From the sequence record PQ351811: a stretch of 64,000 nt of DNA. One strand, written 5' to 3'. The position numbers and the translations under genes were made by a program. This document shows positions 10,369 through 20,026 of the stretch, piece after piece; positions within the stretch are counted from its first letter, which is position 1, and each line of letters starts with the position of its first letter. Origin of the DNA: Shigella phage SSG23. The notes under the pieces were generated by a model, which saw only the letters and a program-made list of their open reading frames with translations, ran no database searches and was not told the DNA's origin.

Positions 10369-10398
10369 GCCTCCCGTCGAAAGATTGGAGGCTTTTTA
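10369..10398 (+). terminator. rho-independent terminator after gene 56
   Basis: Hairpin GCCTCCC...GGAGGC followed by TTTTT. Confidence 0.6.
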
Positions 10399-10400
10399 TT

Positions 10401-10904
10401 ATGCAATTCACACCAGAAGAACTTAACATCATTGATGAAGTGATGAACTCTAAAGAAAATATCGATATGTCGATCCTTAATGGATTGATTGAAAAGACTG
10501 AACGGTTAGTGCATCACGAAGCCTTGTATCGCGGTGTGAGCAAAAGAGAAGGCCGTAAGCTGGATACCTTAATTGTGGGTGATTCTTTCGTTGTAGAGCG
10601 TCCTATGAGCTTTACGCCACTACAATCAACAGCAGAGGACTTTGCAACCGATGTTTATGCAACAGGAAAGATTATTGCAGTAAAACCTACCAAGCCTTGC
10701 ATGAATTATTACGAACATGCTATAGACCGAGTGGTGTCTAAAGAGTATGACAATCCGACTACTCGACTGTCTTTGTATGCTATGTTGGCTGATGAGCGCG
10801 AGTGCATATACAAGACAGGGACGACCATGATCCTTGATGAGATCGAGGAAGTTTACGCGTGCAATGGCGACCTGATAGAGATTTACAAATTTTCTTTAAT
10901 TTAA
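10401..10904 (+). CDS. hypothetical protein; possible mono-ADP-ribosyltransferase (ModA/ModB-like)
   Basis: 167 aa; candidate R-S-ExE triad (LYRGVS, S/T-rich LQST, ERECIY) with ART-like spacing; occupies the modA/modB slot between 56 and dda. Confidence 0.3.
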   Translation: MQFTPEELNIIDEVMNSKENIDMSILNGLIEKTERLVHHEALYRGVSKREGRKLDTLIVGDSFVVERPMSFTPLQSTAEDFATDVYATGKIIAVKPTKPCMNYYEHAIDRVVSKEYDNPTTRLSLYAMLADERECIYKTGTTMILDEIEEVYACNGDLIEIYKFSLI

Positions 10905-10906
10905 GT

Positions 10907-10936
10907 GTTGACAGCACAAACCAGATAGACAATAAT
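10907..10936 (+). promoter_or_regulatory. sigma70-like early promoter (PeSL-family leader, no palindrome)
   Basis: TTGACA 10907-10912, A/T-rich -10 about 18 bp downstream, conserved leader cataccaactaaggagaatcaatt before ATG 10966. Confidence 0.45.
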
Positions 10937-10965
10937 ACACACATACCAACTAAGGAGAATCAATT

Positions 10966-11721
10966 ATGAAACTGTTTGCTTTTAAATCTAACGAAGAATT
11001 GGCGCTGGTTGTTTTCCGTTTGAACTCTATCATGGCTGGCGCTTCTCGTCGTAACAAAGACTTCTCTATGAGCTTAGTCACTGTGCGTAACATCTATCGC
11101 CAGACTCATTGCGCATATTCAGGTGAGGCGTTCGGTGAAGGTGATGATGGACTCTCCTTAGAGCGCATTGATTGCAATCTGGGCTATGTTGATGGCAATG
11201 TGATTCCGGTTAAACTGAAATACAATTCTTTCCGTGGTAATCACACTATCGAATCTCTTAAAGAGATCCAGGAACTAGGAACTAACGGTAAACTTTCTGA
11301 TGATGAGATCGCCCTACGTGCAAAGTACATCGAGTGGATCGAACTTAACGAGAATCGCATCAAGAATCAGGAAATGGCGATTGAAGAAAAGAAATTAGCG
11401 GTAGAACGCCACAAAAAGCACAATGAACCGGAGAAAGCAGAGGCAGCAGAGAAAGCAATTAAAAACACTCTCTTCCGTATGGAAGAACGTTATCAGAAAA
11501 TTGCAGATCTCAAGCAAGCCCTTAGCGAAATCAACAAGAAAGAGGAAAAACTTAAGGCTATTGCAAATAATACCGAAATCGTGCTAAAATATACCAGCGT
11601 TTTGATTGAATCTCTTTCTAAGTATGAGAACTTAACGCCAGCACAAAAAGAACGCGTGAAATACGGGCTTCCGATTGATGCGTCGTGGATTGAATTGATG
11701 AAAGCGAAGGTAGGTTTATAA
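10966..11721 (+). CDS. hypothetical protein with coiled-coil C-terminal half (Srd position)
   Basis: 251-aa ORF; charged repeat-rich C-terminus; position between ART-like gene and dda matches T4 srd; no sequence confirmation. Confidence 0.4.
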   Translation: MKLFAFKSNEELALVVFRLNSIMAGASRRNKDFSMSLVTVRNIYRQTHCAYSGEAFGEGDDGLSLERIDCNLGYVDGNVIPVKLKYNSFRGNHTIESLKEIQELGTNGKLSDDEIALRAKYIEWIELNENRIKNQEMAIEEKKLAVERHKKHNEPEKAEAAEKAIKNTLFRMEERYQKIADLKQALSEINKKEEKLKAIANNTEIVLKYTSVLIESLSKYENLTPAQKERVKYGLPIDASWIELMKAKVGL

Positions 11722-12035
11722 TGCATGTATTTGCTGTATGTTATCGTGATAAAGACGGATTCTTTCAATACTCAGTGGACGCGAAAGGTCGCGTCCTAAC
11801 TTGCGAAACACATGATGCAGCGTTAGCGTCAATGTGTGATCAGATAGATTATTGTGAGAGTCTATTGGCAGGTGAACCGAAATACAAGGTTGTGCCTAAA
11901 CGAAAATTTGGTATAATCCGGTCTTCTGAAATTGTTCGGGATGGTGTAGAATACAAAATTCCAGACTATGAAAAAGAGCGGGTACGACGAGAACTCAATA
12001 CTATCTGTGTTCGCAAGGTGAGGATTTTAGGATAA
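11721..12035 (+). CDS. hypothetical protein
   Basis: 104-aa ORF, start overlaps upstream stop (TAATG). Confidence 0.4.
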   Translation: MHVFAVCYRDKDGFFQYSVDAKGRVLTCETHDAALASMCDQIDYCESLLAGEPKYKVVPKRKFGIIRSSEIVRDGVEYKIPDYEKERVRRELNTICVRKVRILG

Positions 12036-13426
12036 TGAGCAGAGTATTAACTTTCGATATGTTGACAGACGGACAAAAACATGCTTTCGATGTTCTGATG
12101 AAACGCATTGAACAAAAGAAACATACAACTGTCCGAGGTGCGGCGGGTACTGGTAAAACCGCAATGATGAAATTCATTGTTCAGGAAATGGTCCGCCGTG
12201 GTGTAACTGGTGTGGTTTTGGCAACGCCTACCCACCAGGCTAAAAAAGTTTTGAGTAAGGCGGTAGGTCGTCAAGCATTTACTTTACATGCTTTATTGCG
12301 TCTTAATCCGACCAATTATGAAGATACTCAAGTATTTGAACAAAAAGATACTCCTAAGCTAGATGATGTTCAGATCATCATTGTTGATGAAGCGAGTATG
12401 GTCGATAAGAAGTTATTTGATATTCTCATGAAGAGTATCAACGGGCGAATTGTTATTATTGCCGTGGGTGATCCGCACCAGTTACGACCAGTTGATCCGA
12501 GCGGTGCAACGTCAATTTCTCCTTTCTTCACGGTTGAAGAGTTTCAGAACGTGGAGTTAACAGAAATTAAAAGGTCTAATGCACCAATAATTGATGTGGC
12601 GACCGCTGTCCGTAACGGTAAATGGGTATTCGAAAAGCAGTGCGGTAACGAGGGTGTATTCCATAGCTCAACTCTACCGGAGTTTATGACTCGTTATTTT
12701 GAAGCAGTGAAAACGCCGGAAGACCTTCTAGAAAACCGTATTCTGGCTTACACTAATAAGAGTGTCGAAAAACTCAATGAAATTGTGCGTAAGCGCATTT
12801 ACAATACAGAAGATCCGGTCATTGTAGATGAAATTCTGGTTACTCAGGAACCGTTGATCGAATATCTGCGAGATGAACGCGGGAAGAAGATTCCTAATGT
12901 GATTTTTAACAACGGTGAGATGATCCGAGTTAAAGAGGTTATACCGCGCGAATTTACATTACGTTGCACGGGGGTAGATCCGCAACCAGTTTTAGGGTAT
13001 ACTCTTAAAGTCGAAAGCGTCGATAATGACGAAGACAAAGAGATCCTGAATCAGAAAGTTGGTTTAGATGCAGTCGGAATCACTACCGACAAACCGGATT
13101 TAGTAGAAATCAATATTCTGACAGAACAACGACAGAAGAACATTTTCTCTATCTACCTGAATACGGTAGCCGGACAATATCGCGAAATGAAGAAAGAGAA
13201 TCCAAACTTTAAACCAGATTGGGATTCTTTCTGGACGATGAAACGTATGTTCCTTAATGTAAAAGCATTACCAGCTTGCACTATTCATAAGTCACAAGGG
13301 ATCAGCGTAGACCGCGTGTTCCTGTATACTCCTTGCATGTGTACAGATAATGTTGACTTTGAACTGGCAATGCAGTTATTATATGTGGGTGTTACCCGTG
13401 CACGTTATCGGGTAGACTATATTTGA
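12035..13426 (+). CDS. dda: DNA helicase Dda (SF1)
   Basis: 463 aa; DMLTDGQKHAFDVLMK, Walker A GAAGTGKT, VDEASMVD, KRSNAPIIDVATAVRNGKW and C-terminal LLYVGVTR match T4 Dda. Confidence 0.9.
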   Translation: MSRVLTFDMLTDGQKHAFDVLMKRIEQKKHTTVRGAAGTGKTAMMKFIVQEMVRRGVTGVVLATPTHQAKKVLSKAVGRQAFTLHALLRLNPTNYEDTQVFEQKDTPKLDDVQIIIVDEASMVDKKLFDILMKSINGRIVIIAVGDPHQLRPVDPSGATSISPFFTVEEFQNVELTEIKRSNAPIIDVATAVRNGKWVFEKQCGNEGVFHSSTLPEFMTRYFEAVKTPEDLLENRILAYTNKSVEKLNEIVRKRIYNTEDPVIVDEILVTQEPLIEYLRDERGKKIPNVIFNNGEMIRVKEVIPREFTLRCTGVDPQPVLGYTLKVESVDNDEDKEILNQKVGLDAVGITTDKPDLVEINILTEQRQKNIFSIYLNTVAGQYREMKKENPNFKPDWDSFWTMKRMFLNVKALPACTIHKSQGISVDRVFLYTPCMCTDNVDFELAMQLLYVGVTRARYRVDYI

Positions 13427-13605
13427 GGAAACTATTATGATTATGCGAAATATCCCCGAATTTGACGAAGTGACGGTACGCCGTCACAATGGAACTGTTA
13501 CCATGTGTTTTAGTTGGGGTCATTATGGATGGAACGTGTCCGGCGACAGTGAAGCTGAATGTATCAATAAAATGATCGAACATTTCACTAAGCGAGGTTT
13601 TTGAT

Positions 13606-13848
13606 ATGGTTGTTATTAACGATATCTCTAAGGTAATTCATCTTGAATCAATTGTCGCGTGGAACCGTCAAAAGATTCATTGTGACTATGCACAACATGT
13701 AATGAATTTTAACAACAAGGTACGCGCATACATGGCAACGGACCGACTGTTAACCGATAATTACGGTAAAGGAATTATTGATTGTAGCGGTTTCATTCTG
13801 GACAAAAACGATCTTGAGTTGTTCCGGCATATAGCGGAGGATATTTAA
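13606..13848 (+). CDS. hypothetical protein
   Basis: 80-aa ORF between dda and dexA. Confidence 0.35.
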   Translation: MVVINDISKVIHLESIVAWNRQKIHCDYAQHVMNFNNKVRAYMATDRLLTDNYGKGIIDCSGFILDKNDLELFRHIAEDI

Positions 13849-13849
13849 A

Positions 13850-14518
13850 ATGCTTCCAGTGGATTTAATGATTGACTTTGAAAGTTTAGGTTATCCGCCT
13901 GATGGGGCGGTAATCAATATGGCGGCAATCGGATTTAAAGAAGATCCACACAATCCACCGACATTTAAAGAACTGGTTGATAATTCCTTTCTGGTAAAAT
14001 TTGATATTCCTTCCCAGAAAGGTGTAAGGATCTTTGATCATGGTGTGGTTGAATGGTGGAAGAATACCGCCTCAGAAGGCATGAGAAAGCAATTAATCAC
14101 AAATGGGACGGAAGTATCAACCAAAGAAGGTTTAGCGCGTTTTAACGCATTCTGTGAATCCGTGGGAGTAGATCCGGTTAAATCCGTAATGTGGTCACGC
14201 GGTAATGCGTTTGATATTCCGTTGCTAGTTGATATGATTCGACGCGCTCATAATACCCGTGAGACGTTCACTCTTGAACCTGTGCGATTCTGGAACATCC
14301 GAGATGTTCGCACCGCCATTGAGCGTACATTAATGCATCGTGGTATGTGTGAGTGTCCGCTACCAATGGGTACATTAGACGGATTCATCGCACATGATGC
14401 AATTCACGATTGCGCTCGCGATATTCTTATGCTAATCTATGCACAACGTTATGCTATGGGTCTGGAAGACCTGCCAGAAAATCCAGACCCAAATTCAGTT
14501 AAGAAACAAAGGGGATAA
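13850..14518 (+). CDS. dexA: exonuclease A (DexA)
   Basis: 222 aa; DFESLG, FDIPSQKG, VEWWKN, FDIPLLVDMIRR, GTLDGFIAHDAIHDCARDILM and ALRYAMGLED-type C-terminus match T4 DexA. Confidence 0.85.
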   Translation: MLPVDLMIDFESLGYPPDGAVINMAAIGFKEDPHNPPTFKELVDNSFLVKFDIPSQKGVRIFDHGVVEWWKNTASEGMRKQLITNGTEVSTKEGLARFNAFCESVGVDPVKSVMWSRGNAFDIPLLVDMIRRAHNTRETFTLEPVRFWNIRDVRTAIERTLMHRGMCECPLPMGTLDGFIAHDAIHDCARDILMLIYAQRYAMGLEDLPENPDPNSVKKQRG

Positions 14519-14519
14519 T

Positions 14520-14693
14520 ATGCCATTATACGATTATTCTTGTGAAGAACACGGTCAATTTCAGAAAATCCGCAAAATTTCCGAGCGTGAAAAGGCAGAA
14601 TGTCCTGAATGTGGGAAAGAATGTAAACAGGGATTAACTGCCCCGCGCGGTATTAATGGCGGGTATTACGATAAAAATGTGCGCGTGTCATGA
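14520..14693 (+). CDS. small zinc-ribbon protein (FmdB-like CxxC...CxxC)
   Basis: 57 aa MPLYDYSCEEHG...CPECGKEC; RBS GGGGA upstream. Confidence 0.45.
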   Translation: MPLYDYSCEEHGQFQKIRKISEREKAECPECGKECKQGLTAPRGINGGYYDKNVRVS

Positions 14694-14702
14694 GTCATAT
14701 AC

Positions 14703-14730
14703 TTGACAATCACTCAATTTTTAATATGAT
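14703..14730 (+). promoter_or_regulatory. candidate sigma70-like promoter upstream of gene 39
   Basis: TTGACA 14703-14708, 16-bp spacer, TATGAT. Confidence 0.4.
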
Positions 14731-14792
14731 TGTTGCAGCCGTCTTTGTGGCGGTTGCAGTAAGTTATGGTTATGTTATGAAGAGGTTTAATA

Positions 14793-16616
14793 ATGAGTGA
14801 GTTCCGCATTTTATCGGATCGTGAACATGTCCTTAAGCGTGCAGGAATGTACATAGGATCAACTACTTATGAAGAACATCAACGTTTCCTGTTCGGTAAG
14901 TGGACAAAAATTTCATACGTTCCTGGACTGGTTAAAATCATTGATGAGATCATCGACAACTCTGTAGATGAGGCGATCCGCACTAACTTTGAATTTGCCA
15001 ATGTGATTAGCGTCGATATCCAAAACAATATTGTTACGGTAACAGACAATGGTCGCGGTATTCCTCAACATATGGTTACTACTCCAGAGGGTACGCAGAT
15101 TCCGCAACCTGTAGCCGCATGGACACGAACAAAAGCCGGGTCTAACTTTGATGATACCAATCGATTAACGCAAGGGATGAACGGCGTAGGATCGTCGTTG
15201 TCAAATTTCTTTAGCGATTGGTTTACTGGTGTAACCTGTGACGGTGAAACAGAAATGACCGTTCAATGCACAAATGGTGCTGAAAATATCACATGGTCAT
15301 CAAAACCATCAAAATTAAAGGGAACAAAGGTTACATTTTGTCCAGACTTCGATCACTTCGAAGGTTATATGATGGACAACTCTGTTTTAGATATCGTTCA
15401 TGATCGTCTGCAATCATTGAGCGTAATATTTCCGAAGATCACGTTTAAGTTTAATGGTAAACGTATTGTTAGTAAGTTCAAGGAGTATGCTAAACTCTAT
15501 AATGATGATCCGTTTGTCATTGAAGATAAAAACTTTTCACTTGCCCTAGTTCCTGCGGTTGAGGGTGAAGGTTTTAAATCTGTATCCTTTGCTAATGGTC
15601 TGTTTACCAAAAACGGGGGAACACACGTTGATTATGTGATGGATGATCTTTGTGAAGAGATTGTAAAACGAATCAAGAAAGAATATAAGGTTGATGTTAC
15701 TAAAGCTGCGGTTAAGTCTGGTTTGACCTGTATCCTTATTGTTCGTGAATTGCCTAACCTTCGTTTTGATTCACAGACAAAAGAGCGATTGACTAACCCG
15801 ACTGGTGATATCAAGCGTCATATTGATCTGGACTTTAAAAAACTGGCTAAGGTCATTGCTAAGAAAGAAAACATTATCATGCCTATTATTGCTGTAGTTC
15901 TAGCACGCAAAGAGGCAGCAGATAAAGCGGCAGCGACTAAGGCAGCAAAGGCAGCAAAACGGGCTAAGGTTGCAAAACACGTTAAAGCTAACCTTATTGG
16001 AACTGACGCAGAAACTACCCTGTTTCTGACGGAAGGTGATTCCGCAATCAACTATCTGATTTCTGTACGTGATCAAGATTTACATGGCGGTTTCCCGTTG
16101 CGAGGTAAAACTCTTACAACGTGGGAACAACCGGAGGCAAAGATCGTTAAGAATGCCGAAATTTTTAACATCATGGCGATCACTGGCTTGCAATTTGGTG
16201 TTGATGCATTGGAAGTTATGCAATACAAAAATATTGCGATTATGACTGACGCGGATACTGACGGGATCGGATCTATTAAGCCTAGTCTGATCTCTTTCTT
16301 TGCACGTTGGCCTGAATTGTTCGAAGATGGACGAATCCGGTTTATCAAAACACCTATTATCATTGCAGAACCAAAGAAAGGTGATGATGTTCGATGGTAT
16401 TATGACCTAGAAGATTTCGAGAACGACCGAGATAATATCAAAGGTTATAACATTCGATATATCAAAGGGTTAGCATCGCTTACAGAATCAGATTATCATC
16501 GCGTGATCAATGATCCTGTCATGGAGATCATCACGTTACCGGAAAACTATAAAGAGCTATTCGATTTGCTCTATAGCGAAGATTCAGACCGCCGTAAAGA
16601 GTGGATGTGTAGCTAA
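14793..16616 (+). CDS. 39: topoisomerase II large subunit, fused gp39+gp60 form (GyrB-like ATPase + TOPRIM)
   Basis: 607 aa continuous ORF; GHKL ATPase motifs (DNGRGIP, GxxGxG-type GMNGVGSS), TOPRIM EGDSA...DADTDG; T4 splits this into 39 (516 aa) and 60. Confidence 0.85.
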   Translation: MSEFRILSDREHVLKRAGMYIGSTTYEEHQRFLFGKWTKISYVPGLVKIIDEIIDNSVDEAIRTNFEFANVISVDIQNNIVTVTDNGRGIPQHMVTTPEGTQIPQPVAAWTRTKAGSNFDDTNRLTQGMNGVGSSLSNFFSDWFTGVTCDGETEMTVQCTNGAENITWSSKPSKLKGTKVTFCPDFDHFEGYMMDNSVLDIVHDRLQSLSVIFPKITFKFNGKRIVSKFKEYAKLYNDDPFVIEDKNFSLALVPAVEGEGFKSVSFANGLFTKNGGTHVDYVMDDLCEEIVKRIKKEYKVDVTKAAVKSGLTCILIVRELPNLRFDSQTKERLTNPTGDIKRHIDLDFKKLAKVIAKKENIIMPIIAVVLARKEAADKAAATKAAKAAKRAKVAKHVKANLIGTDAETTLFLTEGDSAINYLISVRDQDLHGGFPLRGKTLTTWEQPEAKIVKNAEIFNIMAITGLQFGVDALEVMQYKNIAIMTDADTDGIGSIKPSLISFFARWPELFEDGRIRFIKTPIIIAEPKKGDDVRWYYDLEDFENDRDNIKGYNIRYIKGLASLTESDYHRVINDPVMEIITLPENYKELFDLLYSEDSDRRKEWMCS

Positions 16617-16621
16617 AACAC

Positions 16622-16649
16622 TTGACATACAAGGGAGATTCTCTATAAT
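16622..16649 (+). promoter_or_regulatory. sigma70-like early promoter with flanking GGGAG/CTCCC repeat
   Basis: TTGACA 16622-16627, 16-bp spacer, TATAAT 16644-16649. Confidence 0.55.
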
Positions 16650-16683
16650 GGGAGTCTCCCTTTTCTTTTATGAGGATTTAATA

Positions 16684-16983
16684 ATGAGCAAAAAGAATAA
16701 CATGATGATGAGCATGGCAAAGTTCATGGAAGCAGACCTGATCAAAAATACAGTACAGCATGAACGTCAGCGAGAAGCCGCAGTGATTGCAGAACAAGGT
16801 TTTCAGGTTATCCGCAATCCACCTAAAGACACGGTTAAATCGAAATACAGAGACGATTTGAAAGACCATGAAGTACGGGAACTGGTTAATGATCTGCGTG
16901 ACATTGCTATCAAATATCATGGTTATCAGTGCTTAAGAGAACTGATTGCAGAGCGAGTAATGGATGCACTGAAAAAAGATTAA
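16684..16983 (+). CDS. hypothetical protein
   Basis: 99-aa ORF from RBS-proximal ATG; ORF-track upstream extension runs through the promoter. Confidence 0.4.
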   Translation: MSKKNNMMMSMAKFMEADLIKNTVQHERQREAAVIAEQGFQVIRNPPKDTVKSKYRDDLKDHEVRELVNDLRDIAIKYHGYQCLRELIAERVMDALKKD

Positions 16984-16990
16984 AAAGTTG

Positions 16991-17019
16991 TTGACGCTGG
17001 ATCGGGGATATAGCATAAT
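16991..17019 (+). promoter_or_regulatory. PeSL-type promoter TTGACG-17-CATAAT inside palindrome GGGGATAT...ATATCCCC
   Basis: Near-identical copy at 63508-63536. Confidence 0.55.
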
Positions 17020-17040
17020 ATCCCCATCGAAAACAAAAGG

Positions 17041-17244
17041 TTGACTTATATGAAACCGTTTAAGAATGAAGAAACTCAAAAATTTTGTGAAAAAATTGCA
17101 GAAATCTACTTGACAGGAGAGAAGGAAAAGGCTAATATTATGTTCAAAGAGGCAGTTTCCTTGATGAAAGTAGCACGCTGGGAACTGATTGCAATGCAAG
17201 ACCAAATTCGTTATCTAGTAACAAAGGAGAATCAAAATGCGTAA
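17041..17244 (+). CDS. hypothetical protein
   Basis: 67-aa ORF; start uncertain (alternative ATG at 17050). Confidence 0.35.
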   Translation: MTYMKPFKNEETQKFCEKIAEIYLTGEKEKANIMFKEAVSLMKVARWELIAMQDQIRYLVTKENQNA

Positions 17245-17431
17245 CCATTACATCGAACTGGCAAGCCGTAAAGTTTCCGATCTGAAAGGCGTAATTGCTT
17301 ACTATGAAGAAGTCCTGAAAAACGAAATTGCTGATTGGGAACGTAAAGAATACAGCAAGTGCTTAGAGAAAAGCCGCGCTGAATTGGTTGACGCAGAAGC
17401 CCATCTGCAATGGGTGATTGAAAATGTGTAA
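17237..17431 (+). CDS. hypothetical protein
   Basis: 64-aa ORF, RBS AAGGAGA upstream. Confidence 0.35.
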   Translation: MRNHYIELASRKVSDLKGVIAYYEEVLKNEIADWERKEYSKCLEKSRAELVDAEAHLQWVIENV

Positions 17432-17441
17432 GGAGTAGAAA

Positions 17442-17699
17442 ATGAGTCGAAGTTTTGATTTTATGTTCGCCAAGTATCATCGAGACAAGAAATCGATGGA
17501 CCTGTTTATGGAATGTTTGAGGTATGAATATGCTCACCTTCGGAAGAACAAAATTGATCCGCAAGTTTCCTACGAAAACATCAAGAAATATGCGAAAGAA
17601 GTGATTGACAATAATTGCACCGTGACATATAATGCGTTTATTGATTTATGGGCGTGGGATGTAATCTACGCAGAGATGGACAAAGAAGATTTTAATTAA
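17442..17699 (+). CDS. hypothetical protein
   Basis: 85-aa ORF, RBS AGGAG upstream. Confidence 0.35.
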   Translation: MSRSFDFMFAKYHRDKKSMDLFMECLRYEYAHLRKNKIDPQVSYENIKKYAKEVIDNNCTVTYNAFIDLWAWDVIYAEMDKEDFN

Positions 17700-17713
17700 G
17701 TGAGGATTATATT

Positions 17714-19822
17714 ATGAAAATGCATATTGATAATGAAGAAGTATTTGGCAGTGACCTGAGCGGTGCGGTTGATTTTTCACTGAAAGCAAGTAGCAAGGCT
17801 TTTATGGTGCTTTCTAAGAACACATATCAATATTGTGAGCGTGCTTGCGTCCGTGAGTATTCGTGCAATGCTACCGACACTCACAAAGAAGCCGGAACCT
17901 TAGATCGTCCGTTTGATATTCATTTGCCGACTGCAATCGAACCGTATTTCTCTGTACGTGATTATGGTACTGGTATTCCATCTAAGAAAGAATTAGAACA
18001 ACTGTTTACGGTTTACTTTGAATCAACCAAAGACCAGACTAATGACTATATCGGATCTTTTGGTTTGGGTGCGAAGTCTGCTTATAGCTACACCGACACC
18101 TTTACAATCGTGAACTATTACAATGGTCGCGCTTATGGCTTTACTGCATTCGTGCAAAACTCTATGCCGAAAATGGTGCAGATTTTCGACGAACCAACCT
18201 ATGAAGACAATGGTCTGAAAATCACTATTCCGGTGAAAGAGAAAGATATTCAGACATGGCATCGAGAAGCACAATTTGTACTGCGTCATTTTGGGGAACA
18301 TAAACCGAATATCAACGCAATCGAAATTAATTATTTCCCTAGCTTTGATAATTATTATGTGTGTAATGGACGTGATAACGATTCCTATGTGGTATATGCA
18401 ATCATGGGTAAGATCCAGTATCCGATCCCGTATGAATATGTTCGCGGAACATGGTTAGAAGCTGTAAACCGCCAGCACCAGACCATTTACATTAATTTTG
18501 AGTTGGGTGATCTGGACCTGATGCCATCGCGTGAAGAAGTTCACTTGTCAATTGAGACTAAAGCGAACATCGAAAAACGTATTGCAGAAATCAATGAAAT
18601 GATGTTGGAAAAGGTTAAAGAGAAGATCGCCAGCATTGAAACGGAGCGTAAACTCGCGCAATTTATGAGCGAGTATTCATCGACTCAACGCAATATTATT
18701 AGCAAGATGGGTAAGATCGGACAATGGGACGATCCGGTAGCAATCTATAACAAGTTTGTAAATGCTGGTAAAGATTCGCCTAATGACGTAGAAGGTCAAG
18801 TGTATACTCTGTATCGTACTCGACACACAATCAGCAAATTGCGCCCTGCTTTCGTTAGCAGTCAATACAACATTACGCACTTTGTATGGATTCATAAAGA
18901 AGATATTCTATGTGTAATTGATGATACGGATAAACCGAAACTGCGTGCACTGACTCTTAACGGCATGGTCCAGGAATACGGCATCAATAAAAAGGTACTG
19001 GTGTTCCGTCAGAGCAACGAAAAACACATGGAGACTTTCGAGTACATCAAACAGTATTATGATGAATCGGAAATGACCGTGATTAAGGTATCCGAGGCCG
19101 ATGATCTGCGTGCTAAAGCAGTTAAGCCGGAGAAGACCGAACGTGCACAGCGTGAAGCTACTCCTAAGCTGCCTAACGTGTATATCATGGAAAAGATTGG
19201 TGACAGTTGGCATAAAACCAGCCATCATATGAAAGCGGCAGAGATTCGCGAGTTATCAGGCTTGCACATGTTCCGCGTGGGTGATGCATTCGAAAGCCGT
19301 AGCCGTCAATCGATCTATAGTGAAGATACCTTACACACGGCGCTTGACTACTTCGGGGTAACAAAGTATATTATTACCAGAAACGAGACACAAAAATATC
19401 TCGTTGACGAACAACTGGAATGCGCGCTAGAATTTGTTCGCGGTAAGCTGGCTGGTCTGGCTAAGAAGGTTAAGACCAATCATCTGGGGTATGGCGAATA
19501 TCTGGGTGTGATCACTATGTTGTTTCATGACGATGAATTAGAACGCTGTATTCCAGAATTTATTGACAGACTCTATGGTCGTCATTATAATAAAGAGGTT
19601 TCCAAGTTGCTCCTTCGTACTCGTTGGATTATGGACGAAGAAACTAAGAAGATCTGCGATGAAAAATTCACGGCAGCAAACGAACGAATTAAAGCAGTTT
19701 GTGCGAAGTTTAAAGAGAATAGCCCGTTACTGTATGATATTGTAGATAACTGGTATCGTATTCTGCATAATGACAAACGCGCACAAGACTTTATGAAACT
19801 GGTTAAGAATGTTAAATTTTAA
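17714..19822 (+). CDS. rIIA: rIIA protein (membrane-associated, GHKL-type ATPase fold)
   Basis: 702 aa; VRDYGTGIP and IGSFGLGAKSAYSYTDTF match T4 rIIA Bergerat-fold motifs; followed by rIIB. Confidence 0.85.
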   Translation: MKMHIDNEEVFGSDLSGAVDFSLKASSKAFMVLSKNTYQYCERACVREYSCNATDTHKEAGTLDRPFDIHLPTAIEPYFSVRDYGTGIPSKKELEQLFTVYFESTKDQTNDYIGSFGLGAKSAYSYTDTFTIVNYYNGRAYGFTAFVQNSMPKMVQIFDEPTYEDNGLKITIPVKEKDIQTWHREAQFVLRHFGEHKPNINAIEINYFPSFDNYYVCNGRDNDSYVVYAIMGKIQYPIPYEYVRGTWLEAVNRQHQTIYINFELGDLDLMPSREEVHLSIETKANIEKRIAEINEMMLEKVKEKIASIETERKLAQFMSEYSSTQRNIISKMGKIGQWDDPVAIYNKFVNAGKDSPNDVEGQVYTLYRTRHTISKLRPAFVSSQYNITHFVWIHKEDILCVIDDTDKPKLRALTLNGMVQEYGINKKVLVFRQSNEKHMETFEYIKQYYDESEMTVIKVSEADDLRAKAVKPEKTERAQREATPKLPNVYIMEKIGDSWHKTSHHMKAAEIRELSGLHMFRVGDAFESRSRQSIYSEDTLHTALDYFGVTKYIITRNETQKYLVDEQLECALEFVRGKLAGLAKKVKTNHLGYGEYLGVITMLFHDDELERCIPEFIDRLYGRHYNKEVSKLLLRTRWIMDEETKKICDEKFTAANERIKAVCAKFKENSPLLYDIVDNWYRILHNDKRAQDFMKLVKNVKF

Positions 19823-19833
19823 GAGGTGATATT

Positions 19834-19965
19834 ATGACTAAACTGACCGCTATCCAGAAAGAAACTATTCGTAAACAATACGCTCGCGGCTTGACTAAAG
19901 GCGAACTGGCACGAATCTATAATGTATCAGACCGCACAATCCGCAAGGTTGTCGAAGCAAAATAA
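19834..19965 (+). CDS. 43-aa helix-turn-helix peptide resembling the rIIB N-terminal domain
   Basis: MTKLTAIQKETIRKQYARGLTKGELARIYNVSDRTIRKVVEAK; RBS GAGGTGA 6 nt upstream; below ORF-track size cutoff. Confidence 0.45.
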   Translation: MTKLTAIQKETIRKQYARGLTKGELARIYNVSDRTIRKVVEAK

Positions 19966-19977
19966 TTCTGGTATAAT
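19949..19977 (+). promoter_or_regulatory. promoter with extended -10 (TTGTCG-17-TGgTATAAT) upstream of rIIB
   Basis: Overlaps 3' end of the 43-aa HTH ORF. Confidence 0.5.
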
Positions 19978-20026
19978 GATGTGAATCGGGCGGCGATAGT
20001 CGCCCACTAATAGAGGAATGAATACT

